A stretch of 64,000 nucleotides of DNA from an uncultured Clostridium sp. (GCA_945877035.1 CAMCQH010000005.1:124-64123), one strand, 5' to 3'; counted from the first letter of the stretch, positions 1 to 9,340 are shown. Notes: generated by a model from the letters alone, not told the origin. Numbers and translations are program-made.

Positions 1-1030
<1,030 letters not shown>

Positions 1031-1100
1031 TTACTTCCTTTCTTTTGAGGGGTTACCTCGTTATTTTTTATTTATATAAAGATTAATAACTATTTTTAAT

Positions 1101-1138
1101 AGAGGTTAGAGTTTTGAGGTTAGAAGTTGGAGGTTGGA
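1101..1138. repeat. Short-unit GGTTAGAG/GGAGGTT repeat block, arm flanking the four-helix-bundle gene
   Basis: agaggttagagttttgaggttagaagttggaggttgga. Inverted relative to the block at 1505-1538. Same family as 2050-2190 and 7021-7132. Confidence 0.8.
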
Positions 1139-1143
1139 TTTTT

Positions 1144-1497
1144 TTAGTTCCACTTTTTTATCATTGAATATATCATTCTGCATAATATATCATATTTTTT
1201 ATTAATATCAATGTATTCTTTTTCATTAATATATTTTAAATCCTTTGAAAATTTTAATAATGTCATTGTTTCGTTTGTTGAACCCAAACTTATTTTTAAA
1301 AATCTTTTAAAATCTTCTTTACTTAATCTCCCATAACCTTCAGCTATATTTAAAGTTATTGAAGTAGATGCTCTTCTTATTTGAGATATTAAACCATATA
1401 ATTCATCTTTTGGAAATTTTTTAGTTAATTTATAAATATCTAAAGCTAATTCATAACTTTTTTTATATATTTCCAAATCTTCATATGTTCTTATCAA
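1144..1497 (-). CDS. Four-helix-bundle protein (23S rRNA intervening-sequence protein / Avd-like family)
   Basis: 117 aa, MIRTYEDLEIYKKSYELALDIY...ISQIRRASTSITLNIAEGYGR...GSTNET matches the characteristic pattern of this family. Inserted between grpE and dnaK, same strand. Confidence 0.8.
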   Translation of the reverse strand: MIRTYEDLEIYKKSYELALDIYKLTKKFPKDELYGLISQIRRASTSITLNIAEGYGRLSKEDFKRFLKISLGSTNETMTLLKFSKDLKYINEKEYIDINKKYDILCRMIYSMIKKWN

Positions 1498-1504
1498 TAT
1501 GATT

Positions 1505-1538
1505 TCTAACCTCCAACCTCTATTTCTCTAACCTCTAA
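1505..1538. repeat. Short-unit TCTAACCTC repeat block, inverted partner of 1101-1138
   Basis: tctaacctccaacctctatttctctaacctctaa. Its reverse complement resembles 1101-1138. Abuts the grpE stop. Confidence 0.8.
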
Positions 1539-2032
1539 TTTGCTACAACTACCATTGAATGCCTAATAACTTTATGCCCTATTTTGTAGCCCTTTCTATA
1601 TTCTTGAACAATTTCTTTTTCCCCCTTTGAATCATCTTGAACACTGCTAACAGCTTCATGAAGTTCTGGATCAAAAGTTTCTCCAAGAGCTTTTATTTCT
1701 TCTACACCTTTTGATTTAAGTACATCTTGAAATTGTTTTAATACAAGTTCAATACCTTTTTTGTAATTTTCATCTGATGTTTCAACTTTTGCTGCATTTT
1801 CAAGATTATCTAAAATTGGAAGTATTACTTCTATTATGTCTCCTAAAATTGAATTATATAATCCTTCTCTTTCTTTTTGACTTCTTTTTTTGTGATTTTC
1901 AAATTCTGCTAATATTCTTTTGTATCTATCTGTTAGTTCATCTAATTCTTGTTGTTTTGCTTGTAAATCATTATTTTCTGTTAATTCTTGCTCTTGATTT
2001 TCTTCTTTTTCTAATTTTTCTTTATCTGCCAT
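1535..2032 (-). CDS. grpE: Nucleotide exchange factor GrpE
   Basis: 165 aa with acidic coiled-coil N-terminus and RILAEFENHKKRSQKE...HEAV...GYKIGHKVIRHSMVVV GrpE signature. GGAGG RBS. Lies between hrcA and dnaK. Confidence 0.95.
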   Translation of the reverse strand: MADKEKLEKEENQEQELTENNDLQAKQQELDELTDRYKRILAEFENHKKRSQKEREGLYNSILGDIIEVILPILDNLENAAKVETSDENYKKGIELVLKQFQDVLKSKGVEEIKALGETFDPELHEAVSSVQDDSKGEKEIVQEYRKGYKIGHKVIRHSMVVVAN

Positions 2033-2049
2033 TTTTACCTCCTATTATT

Positions 2050-2190
2050 GATGTTAGTGAAGTATATGTTGGTGAAATGGAGGTTGGTGAAGTAGATGTT
2101 AGTGAAATAGATATCTATATTCTAACCTCTAATCTCTAACCTCTAACTTCTAACCTCTATTTCTCTAACTTCTAACCTCTATTTCTCTAA
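2050..2190. repeat. Long imperfect palindrome built from GTTAGTGAA/TCTAACCTC units between hrcA and grpE
   Basis: Left half is gatgttagtgaag..ggaggttggtgaag. Centre is agatatct (about 2108-2115). Right half is five to six tctaac(c/t)tc units. Starts at the hrcA stop codon. Confidence 0.8.
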
Positions 2191-3203
2191 CTTCTATCAT
2201 CAACATCTTTCAGCTTTTTATTAATATACTTCATAACTGAAATAACTTTTGAATAATCCATTCTTTTAGGTCCTATAATTCCTATTGTTCCTAAATCTTT
2301 GTCACCAACTTTATGTTTAAAAGTAATAACACTAAAATCTTTAAGCTCATCTTTTTCATTTTCATCGCCAATATATACATTTATATCTTTTGCAAATCCT
2401 GAATTTAGCATATCTGTCATTAACTCTTTTTCATCTAGTATATTTATAAAGTTTTTTGCTACTGATAAACTATTAAATTCTGGTAATTCAAATGATTTAT
2501 TAGCACCTTCTAAATATAATTGTCTATCTTCAGTTAGTACCTTTTTTATCTGTTCTATTATAGTTTTAATTACTTTAACACTATACTTCATTTCATTTAT
2601 TAAATATTCTTCTAATGGCACATCAATAATTTCTAATGGTTGACCTTTTAGTTTTTGATTAAACATGTAATTTATTGTTTCAACTTGTTTTTCTGTTATG
2701 TCTTCATCAAATTTTATTATTGTTTCTTTTACCATTCCTGTATTTGTTAAGATTATTGCCATTAACATTCTTGGTCCTAATAACACGAATTTTATTTCTT
2801 CTATTAATAAATCTTTGTTACTTGGTCCTATTGCTAATGTTGTATAATGCGTAATTTCGGAAATTGTTGTTGTTGCTATTTTTGTTAAGTCTTCAATTTC
2901 ATTTACTTTTGTTTCTAGCTTGTCACTGATATATTTAATTTCCTCTAAGCTAATGTTATCATCTTTTAATAACTCATCAACATAGTATCTGTAACCTTTT
3001 TCAGATGGTATTCTTCCACTTGATGTATGTGTTTTTTCTAGATAACCTGCTTTTTCAAGATCTGCCATTTCATTTCTTATTGTTGCACTACTATATTGTA
3101 ATTCTTCATTATTTGTTAATGCATTTGAACTTACAGGCTCTGCTGTGTTTATATATTCTTCTACTATTGCTTGTAGTACCTTCTTTTTTCTATCATCCAG
3201 CAT
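2187..3203 (-). CDS. hrcA: Heat-inducible transcription repressor HrcA
   Basis: 338 aa. N-terminal winged helix MLDDRKKKVLQAIVEEYINTAEPVSSNAL..ATIRNEMADLEKAGYLEKTHTSSGRIPS. CIRCE operators upstream. Operon context. Confidence 0.95.
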   Translation of the reverse strand: MLDDRKKKVLQAIVEEYINTAEPVSSNALTNNEELQYSSATIRNEMADLEKAGYLEKTHTSSGRIPSEKGYRYYVDELLKDDNISLEEIKYISDKLETKVNEIEDLTKIATTTISEITHYTTLAIGPSNKDLLIEEIKFVLLGPRMLMAIILTNTGMVKETIIKFDEDITEKQVETINYMFNQKLKGQPLEIIDVPLEEYLINEMKYSVKVIKTIIEQIKKVLTEDRQLYLEGANKSFELPEFNSLSVAKNFINILDEKELMTDMLNSGFAKDINVYIGDENEKDELKDFSVITFKHKVGDKDLGTIGIIGPKRMDYSKVISVMKYINKKLKDVDDRS

Positions 3204-3216
3204 TTCATCACCTCTT

Positions 3217-3243
3217 TTAGCACTCTTTTATTTCGATTGCTAA
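3217..3243 (-). promoter_or_regulatory. CIRCE operator 1 (HrcA binding site)
   Basis: TTAGCACTC-N9-GATTGCTAA versus consensus TTAGCACTC-N9-GAGTGCTAA (1 mismatch). Lies between the -10 box and the hrcA start. Confidence 0.9.
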
Positions 3244-3252
3244 TCTTTATAT

Positions 3253-3281
3253 ATATTATATCCTTTTTTAGCACTTGTCAA
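3253..3281 (-). promoter_or_regulatory. SigmaA-type promoter of the hrcA-grpE-dnaK operon
   Basis: Minus-sense TTGACA (3276-3281), 17-bp spacer, TAATAT (3253-3258). Flanked and overlapped by the two CIRCE elements. Confidence 0.6.
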
Positions 3282-3294
3282 TACTATCTGCTAA
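3268..3294 (-). promoter_or_regulatory. CIRCE operator 2 (degenerate), overlapping the -35 box
   Basis: TTAGCACTT-N9-ATCTGCTAA; arms are 8/9 and 7/9 matches to the CIRCE consensus. Confidence 0.7.
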
Positions 3295-3420
3295 TTTTTT
3301 TGTGAATTTTTTGTGAACTCTTATAGTATTTTTTATTTTTTATCAATTTCACTTGAATTTATTTCAATTTTATTATAGTATATATAGAAGTAAAATGAGA
3401 TATAACATAGGAGGTAAAAA

Positions 3421-4350
3421 ATGCCAAGAAAAACCAAAGAAGATAAAGAATTAAAAGAAAAAAAGAATATATCAAAAACAAAATCTAGTACAACAAAAAA
3501 AGTAGCAAGCACCAAAAAGACTGATAAAGCAACTGCTACTTCTAAAAAAGTTGCATCAACAAAGACAGCAACTAAAGCCGACAAATCTACAACAAGTAAA
3601 AAAGCTACTACAAAATCAAAAGAACCTGCAACCAAATCAAAGGCAACTTCAAAATCAAAGAACACTACTACTAAAACAAAATCTGCTTCAACAACAAAAA
3701 AAGCTACAAAAACAACTAAAGTAAGAAAATCTACATCAACTACAAAGAAAAGTAAAAAAGTAGAAAGTGCTACTGTTGAATATTATGACTTACCACAAAG
3801 ATATAATCAAACAGTTGTAAAAGTTTTAGCACAAACACCAAAAACACTATTTATTTATTGGGAAATCTCTAATGATGATATTGCTAAATATAAAAATCAA
3901 TATGGTGAAAACTTTTTTGAAACAACAAAACCTGTTCTAATTATTCATAATGATACATTAAATTATAGTTTCGAAGTTGAAATAAACGATTTTGCAAATA
4001 GTTGGTATTTACATGTAAATGACAGTAAATCAGATTATAGAATTGAACTTGGTAGACGTCCTATTTATAATAATGAAAATATTAAAGAGAATTATATATA
4101 TATATCTTCTTCAAATAGAATAGAATCACCTAATGACCATATATTATTCAACAATTCACAAAAGATGGTTTATTATAGAAATGTTAAAACAAATCAGGAA
4201 ATTCAAAAGCCTGTATCTTCATTATTCTTTATGAAGAATATGGGAAAAATTTATGACATTTATGATTTATATCAAGAGTTGTATAAAAACGAAGATAACC
4301 TTGAAAACTTATCAAATCCATCTTCAAACACATCATCTCAATTTAAATAG
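3421..4350 (+). CDS. DUF4912 domain protein with Lys/Thr/Ser-rich N-terminal tail
   Basis: 309 aa, GGAGG RBS. Residues 1-115 are KKxxSTTKK-type low complexity. C-terminal YDLPQRYNQTVVKVLAQTPKTLFIYWEIS is typical of DUF4912. Paired with a GH57 gene, as commonly seen. Confidence 0.7.
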   Translation: MPRKTKEDKELKEKKNISKTKSSTTKKVASTKKTDKATATSKKVASTKTATKADKSTTSKKATTKSKEPATKSKATSKSKNTTTKTKSASTTKKATKTTKVRKSTSTTKKSKKVESATVEYYDLPQRYNQTVVKVLAQTPKTLFIYWEISNDDIAKYKNQYGENFFETTKPVLIIHNDTLNYSFEVEINDFANSWYLHVNDSKSDYRIELGRRPIYNNENIKENYIYISSSNRIESPNDHILFNNSQKMVYYRNVKTNQEIQKPVSSLFFMKNMGKIYDIYDLYQELYKNEDNLENLSNPSSNTSSQFK

Positions 4351-4365
4351 AAGGGAAGAATTAAA

Positions 4366-5952
4366 ATGCAGCAAAAAAAAGGTTATGTAAGTTTTGTATT
4401 ACACGCACATTTACCATTCATACATCATCCAGAGAGTGATGATTATTTAGAAGAATCGTGGTTATATGAAGCTATTTCAGAAACATATATACCATTACTT
4501 ACAAATTTTCAAAAATTAGTTGATGAAGGGGTTAATTTTAGAATCACAATGTCTATGACACCACCTCTTCTTTCAATGTTAGATAATAAATTATTACAAA
4601 AAAAATACATAAATTATCTAAAAAAGATGATTGAACTTTCTAAAAAAGAAGTTGTTAGAACTGCTAATGATAAAAGGCTAAATGAATTATCACAATACTA
4701 TCTTGATAGATATTCTAATGATTTACATCTATTTAAAGATGTTTACAACTGCGATATAATCAGCCAATTTAAACATTTTCAAGATATAGGTGTTTTAGAA
4801 ATAATTACATGTGGCGCAACACATGGATATTTTCCTATTTTATATGTTAATGAAAAAACTGTCAAAGCACAAATCGCAGTTGGAGTTCAAACTTATGAAA
4901 GATATTTCGGTAGAAAACCTCGTGGTATTTGGCTACCTGAATGCGGATATGTACCAGAAGCTGATAAATATCTAAAAGAATTTGGAATTGAATATATTAT
5001 TACTGAATCACACGGAATTCTATATGCTAACCCTACTCCTGTTTATGGAACATTTGCACCTATTGTGTCACCTGAAGGTGTTGTAGCATTTGGACGTGAT
5101 ATGGAATCTTCAAGACAAGTTTGGAGTTCAATAGATGGATACCCAGGTGACTTTAATTACAGAGAATTTTATCGTGATATTGGCTATGATGCTGATTATG
5201 ATTATATTAAACCATATATTGCTCATAATGGTGTAAGAGTTCATACTGGAATCAAATATTATAGAATTACTGGAAAAACTGAAAATAAAGATTACTATAA
5301 TTTACAATGGGCAAAAGATTCAGTAGAAAAACAAGCTGGTCATTTCTTAGATTGCAGAACAAAACAAATAAATGATTTAGCTCCAATAATGGACAAGCCA
5401 CCTATTATTTTGTGTCCTTATGATGCAGAACTTTATGGGCATTGGTGGTATGAAGGTCCATATTGGTTATATACATTATTTAAGAAAATTTATTATGATG
5501 ATTGTAGTTTCGAATTAATTACACCATCTGAATATATAGATAAATACCCAGAAATTCAAGTTGCTTCCCCTTGCCGTTCTAGTTGGGGTGCAAATGGTTA
5601 TAGTGAAGTATGGCTTAATCAAACAAATGACTATGTTCATAAACACTTACATGTTGCAGGTGATAGAATGTGTGAACTTACTAATTTATATCCAAATGCA
5701 AAAGGTTTAAAGAAAAAAGCTTTAAATCAGTGTGCTAGAGAATTGCTATTAGCACAAAGCAGTGACTGGTTATTTATTATTACAAATGGTACTATGGTTG
5801 ATTATGCTAAAAAGCGTATTAAAGACCATATTGGTCGTTTTACTAAATTGTATTATCAGATTAAAAATGATGAAATTGATGAAGATTTTTTGAAAGACAT
5901 TTCTAAAAAAGATTGTGTTTTTCCAGATATTGATTATCAAATTTATGGATGA
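4366..5952 (+). CDS. Glycoside hydrolase family 57 protein (1,4-alpha-glucan branching-enzyme type, DUF1957 C-terminus)
   Basis: 528 aa. GYVSFVLHAHLPFIHHPE and CPYDAELYGHWWYEGP motifs are characteristic of GH57 branching-type enzymes. Confidence 0.85.
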   Translation: MQQKKGYVSFVLHAHLPFIHHPESDDYLEESWLYEAISETYIPLLTNFQKLVDEGVNFRITMSMTPPLLSMLDNKLLQKKYINYLKKMIELSKKEVVRTANDKRLNELSQYYLDRYSNDLHLFKDVYNCDIISQFKHFQDIGVLEIITCGATHGYFPILYVNEKTVKAQIAVGVQTYERYFGRKPRGIWLPECGYVPEADKYLKEFGIEYIITESHGILYANPTPVYGTFAPIVSPEGVVAFGRDMESSRQVWSSIDGYPGDFNYREFYRDIGYDADYDYIKPYIAHNGVRVHTGIKYYRITGKTENKDYYNLQWAKDSVEKQAGHFLDCRTKQINDLAPIMDKPPIILCPYDAELYGHWWYEGPYWLYTLFKKIYYDDCSFELITPSEYIDKYPEIQVASPCRSSWGANGYSEVWLNQTNDYVHKHLHVAGDRMCELTNLYPNAKGLKKKALNQCARELLLAQSSDWLFIITNGTMVDYAKKRIKDHIGRFTKLYYQIKNDEIDEDFLKDISKKDCVFPDIDYQIYG

Positions 5953-6162
5953 GGGATTTAGGGACGTTCCTTTCGCTTCGCTCATCGTCATCCGAAAATT
6001 TTTTCAAAATTTTCGGATGCCAAAAAAATCTTAGAAGGGATTAAGGGACACTCCTTTAATTTCTTTTTTCATTTTAAAACAAGCTCCTTTTATCCTATTT
6101 TGCATATTATAATGTATAACTTTTAAAAATTTAGTAGATACTAATTTAGAAAGGAGCATTTC

Positions 6163-7020
6163 ATGAAATCAATATGTATAAAAACCAATAATTCAAATTT
6201 ATTAGATTATCTACTAAACGAATTAAACTATATTGAAATTGAACCAGTTTATATTTCTTCCAATAAATTCAAGAATTACAAAAATATTATTATACATTAC
6301 AGAGGAAATAATAATAAAAAATTTATTCATGAAGTTTCCTGTATTTTATCATGTTTAGTAATAGACGAATTAGAAGAAAAATTTTTAAAAAATATTATAC
6401 AAAAAAATTATTTTTATTTTAATTCTAATGAGAAAAAACAAATTTTAGATATATGTTTTGATACTTTTTCCAATGATTTTAATACGTATTTTGATAAAAA
6501 ATATAATTGCTTAATTAGTGATTTTGAAAATTATTTAGCTGATAATAAATCTATTGTTTTATCAGGTTTTATAAATTTTAGAATAAAAGATTATATGTCA
6601 ATTTTAGAAGAAGTTGTTGATGATGCTGTAAATGCCTTTGTGATAGAGAAAGAGTATTTTGAATTTGTTTCTCTCTTAAAAATGTATATAAATTCTCAAA
6701 GTAGTAATTGTGAATTAGTTCATTTAATTTATAATAATGAAAATTCTATTTTGCTCGATAAAAATAAAAAAGTTATTAATATTTCAGATGATATTTTTAA
6801 AGCTAAGTATTTGTCTGATATTACTTTTTCCTCAAATGATTATGCTTTAAATAGTTTGCTTACTCTTATACCTAAAAAAATTTATATCCATTTAATTGAT
6901 AATATTGTTGATGAATTTATTCATACATTGGGATTAATTTTTGAGAATAGAGTTGAAATTTGCACAGACTGTAGTATTTGTAGGCTTTATAAAAATAGTA
7001 AGATTAAAAGTAAGAAGTAA
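6163..7020 (+). CDS. YtxC-like putative sporulation protein
   Basis: 285 aa. The segment LSGFINFRIKDYMSILEEVVDDAVNAFVIEKEYFEFVSLLKMYI resembles the YtxC-like family core. Recalled pattern only, not searched. Confidence 0.45.
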   Translation: MKSICIKTNNSNLLDYLLNELNYIEIEPVYISSNKFKNYKNIIIHYRGNNNKKFIHEVSCILSCLVIDELEEKFLKNIIQKNYFYFNSNEKKQILDICFDTFSNDFNTYFDKKYNCLISDFENYLADNKSIVLSGFINFRIKDYMSILEEVVDDAVNAFVIEKEYFEFVSLLKMYINSQSSNCELVHLIYNNENSILLDKNKKVINISDDIFKAKYLSDITFSSNDYALNSLLTLIPKKIYIHLIDNIVDEFIHTLGLIFENRVEICTDCSICRLYKNSKIKSKK

Positions 7021-7132
7021 GAGGTTGGAAGTTGGAGGTTAGATATCGGATGTCAGATGTCAGATATCTGATGTCTTATTTTTTATTTCTACCTTCTGAC
7101 CTCTAACATCTAACCTCTGACTTCCGACCTCC
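7021..7132. repeat. Palindromic GAGGTTGGA/TCCGACCTC repeat element between the ytxC-like gene and gpr
   Basis: gaggttggaagttggaggttaga ... cagatatctg ... tctaacctctgacttccgacctcc. The outer arms are reverse complements. Same family as 1101-1138, 1505-1538 and 2050-2190. Confidence 0.8.
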
Positions 7133-7135
7133 ATT

Positions 7136-7378
7136 TTACATACTCATATTAATTCCTTTTGATACAACATCTTTCATATTTTCTATTAAATCATCAATTT
7201 CTTTTGGAGTTACAATTAAATTATAATCCTTTGGAATCAAAACTTCTCTAATTTCTTCGTAATTATTTTCCTCTTTTAATTTATTTAAATAATCATTTGA
7301 ATTTGCCTCTTCTTGTAATTTTGTTATAAACAAATCTAAACAGTCATTTACAAGCACTGCTGTTTCTACAACTGTTGG
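7136..7378 (-). pseudogene. gpr: Germination protease gpr, 3-prime fragment (C-terminal ~76 codons) separated from the rest by the ICE
   Basis: Minus-sense reading through the 14-bp core gives PTVVETAVLVNDCLDLFITKL...LIVTPKEIDDLIENMKDVVSKGINMSM. It matches the GPR C-terminus (B. subtilis ...LMVTPKEVD..IEDMANVI..GLN). No start codon or RBS of its own. Confidence 0.85.
7365..7378. repeat. att core, left copy (TCTACAACTGTTGG)
   Basis: Identical to 62401-62414. Contains the palindrome CAAC-T-GTTG. Lies inside gpr codons PTVV. Confidence 0.9.
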
Positions 7379-7384
7379 AATAAG

Positions 7385-7394
7385 TTCTTGTAAC
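7385..7394. repeat. Element-side recombinase arm (TTCTTGTAAC), 6 bp from the core
   Basis: Perfect inverted repeat of GTTACAAGAA at 62385-62394, which also lies 6 bp from its core copy. Together they reconstruct a symmetric attP. Confidence 0.7.
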
Positions 7395-7449
7395 TCAAAG
7401 GTTGGTGTAAGTTTTTGTAACTCTATATGGTAAAAAATTAAATATATAT

Positions 7450-9036
7450 TTACTTTAGCTTTTCAAAAGCCTTTATTCTGTAATATATATCTACCTTTTT
7501 ATCTTCGTGAATTTCAATCCTATCTATAATTTTTGACATTATTTCTTTGGTAGGATTTTCTAATTTCAAGAAATCATTTATTAATTCTTTGTAATCAAAT
7601 GAAAACATTTCTTTTTCTTCTTTTGTAAATTCTCCCAATTTTTCTTCAAGAGATTTTATCTCATCTTTTATCTTTTTTAAACCTTCATTCTGCTTTTCGG
7701 ACATTGATTTAAACATTTCCACTGTAATAATGTCATTTAGTCTATCTTCATATAGTCTTTCTAGGTTTTTTTCAATTTTTATTTTTTTATCGTTTGCTTC
7801 TTTTAAAGTTTTTTCAAGAGTTGCTTTATAATTGTTGTTTTCAACCTTTTGCTTTAATGCTTGTTCTATCTTTTCATCATCCATACAAATTTTGCATAAT
7901 TCTCTTACCTTTTCAACTACCATTAATTCTAGTGCTTCATAATTTAAAGTATGTGGTGTGCATAGTTTTCTTTTCGTATATGCTCTGTATAAATTACATC
8001 CAGTATATGAAAAATTTCTTGCTTTGCTACTTGCAATTCCAATACTACCACCACAATCTGCACATTTTAGCAATCCTGTTAGTAGATACGTCTTTTTTAC
8101 TGTTTTCTTTGCACTTGTATCTAATAATCTCTGTACAGTATAAAAAGTATCTTCATCAATTAAAGGTTCATGTGCATTTTCTATTACAATCCATTGTTCT
8201 TTTGGCAGTTTTACTCTTTGCCTATTTTTATAGCTTATGGTTTGGCTCTTTCCTTGTTCCAGCTTTCCTATATAAACATTATTTCTTAATATTCTTCTTA
8301 TACTGGCAGGATGCCAATATCCATATTGATAAGATAGAGCATTAGTTTGATATTTATTTCTCATCGCTGGAGTTGGGATATGTTCATCTGTAAATATATT
8401 TGCTATTTGTGTTGTACCATATCCATCAATTATCATTTTAAACATTCTTCTTACTAATGGTGCTGTTTCATTATCTATAATTAAATGATGTTTATCATTT
8501 GGATCTTTTTTATATCCTATTGGAGCAGATGTACTTACAAATTGTCCATCTTCTTTTTTTTGTTGAAATACTATCCTAATTTTTTTAGAAATATCTTTCG
8601 CATACATTTCATTTAATATAGATCTAAAAGGTGCTATATCATTTTCTGATGAATTCGTCCTTTCTGTATCTATATTATCAAGTATAGACACATATCTAAC
8701 TCTTTTCATTGGAAAATATTGTTCAACATAGTAACCACTTTGAATATAATCTCTACCCAATCTTGATAAATCTTTAGTAACAACCATATTGATTTTTCCA
8801 TCTTCAATGTCATTAATTAATCTATTGAATGCTGGTCTATCAAATGTAGTTCCTGAAACACCATCATCTACATATTCTCCAGCTAAAGCAAGTTTATTTT
8901 CTTTTAAATATGTCAATAAAATGTTTCTTTGATTTGTGATACTTTCACTTTCAATTACTTTGTCATTGTCCTCTTTTGATAATCTTATATAAATACCAAC
9001 TCTATATAAAGCATTTCTAGTTAAGCCCTCAAACAT
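7450..9036 (-). CDS. Large serine recombinase (resolvase/invertase N-domain, recombinase domain, zinc ribbon, coiled coil)
   Basis: 528 aa. RVGIYIRLSKED..SITNQR..YVDDGVSGTTFDRPAFNRLI..VVTKDLSRLGRDY catalytic domain. LLKCADCGG zinc ribbon. C-terminal coiled coil. Adjacent to the att site. Confidence 0.95.
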   Translation of the reverse strand: MFEGLTRNALYRVGIYIRLSKEDNDKVIESESITNQRNILLTYLKENKLALAGEYVDDGVSGTTFDRPAFNRLINDIEDGKINMVVTKDLSRLGRDYIQSGYYVEQYFPMKRVRYVSILDNIDTERTNSSENDIAPFRSILNEMYAKDISKKIRIVFQQKKEDGQFVSTSAPIGYKKDPNDKHHLIIDNETAPLVRRMFKMIIDGYGTTQIANIFTDEHIPTPAMRNKYQTNALSYQYGYWHPASIRRILRNNVYIGKLEQGKSQTISYKNRQRVKLPKEQWIVIENAHEPLIDEDTFYTVQRLLDTSAKKTVKKTYLLTGLLKCADCGGSIGIASSKARNFSYTGCNLYRAYTKRKLCTPHTLNYEALELMVVEKVRELCKICMDDEKIEQALKQKVENNNYKATLEKTLKEANDKKIKIEKNLERLYEDRLNDIITVEMFKSMSEKQNEGLKKIKDEIKSLEEKLGEFTKEEKEMFSFDYKELINDFLKLENPTKEIMSKIIDRIEIHEDKKVDIYYRIKAFEKLK

Positions 9037-9074
9037 ATCTTTCCTCCTTAGAGGGCTAGAAATCTTACAAAAAT

Positions 9075-9103
9075 ATTATACCATATTTATTGAAAAAATC
9101 CAA
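9075..9103 (-). promoter_or_regulatory. Near-consensus sigmaA promoter upstream of the recombinase gene
   Basis: Minus-sense TTGGAT (9098-9103), 17 bp, TGg-TATAAT (9075-9080, extended -10), about 35 nt before the AAGGAGG RBS and ATG at 9036. Confidence 0.55.
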
Positions 9104-9178
9104 CCCATTTAAAAAAGCTATTAGAAAAATTTTTAAGATTAATTTCTTTTTTCTTATAACTTTTTCCAATAACTATTG

Positions 9179-9340
9179 TTACAATTCTAATTTTTTTCTT
9201 TCAACTGGATTACAGTTGTTTAATATTATTTCTTTCATTACAGCATTTATATCTTTTCCATTTTCATTAAAAAAAACATTCAATTTTATATTCTTTGTGT
9301 AATCTATAATTCTTTGTTCATATAATTTTTTTTCAGTCAT
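9179..9340 (-). CDS. Small ORF (53 aa), possible remnant of a Spo0A-like receiver
   Basis: Below the ORF-track cutoff. AAAGGAGGG RBS then ATG at 9340: MTEKKLYEQRIIDYTKNIKLNVFFNENGKDINAVMKEIILNNCNPVERKKLEL. Shares GKDxxAxxxEI and NPVERKK, and 23 identical nt, with the gene at 12105. Confidence 0.4.
   Translation of the reverse strand: MTEKKLYEQRIIDYTKNIKLNVFFNENGKDINAVMKEIILNNCNPVERKKLEL

Noticed and set aside
1144-1497. The four-helix-bundle protein as the Avd component of a diversity-generating retroelement.
   Set aside because: No reverse transcriptase and no template/variable repeat pair anywhere nearby.
1777-2139. Plus-strand ORFs antisense to real genes. Examples: 894-1079, 1777-2139, 2299-2643, 3005-3220, 7794-8345, 15836-16360, 20031-20378, 42149-42436, 57381-57857, 62468-62848, 62923-63228.
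   Set aside because: They are shadow ORFs of AT-rich, purine-skewed minus-strand genes. They give Leu/Phe/Ile/Ser-rich nonsense translations, have no RBS and fully overlap well-supported CDSs.
2050-2190. Possible CRISPR array in the tctaacctc repeat blocks (also 7021-7132).
   Set aside because: The units are only 8-10 nt, directly abutting or nearly so, with no unique spacers of 25-40 nt and no cas genes. The blocks form palindromes instead.
9090-9302. Plus-strand 70-aa ORF upstream of the recombinase.
   Set aside because: It has no RBS and a low-complexity Phe/Asn-rich product. The opposite strand carries a 53-aa ORF with a strong RBS (9179-9340) and the recombinase promoter.
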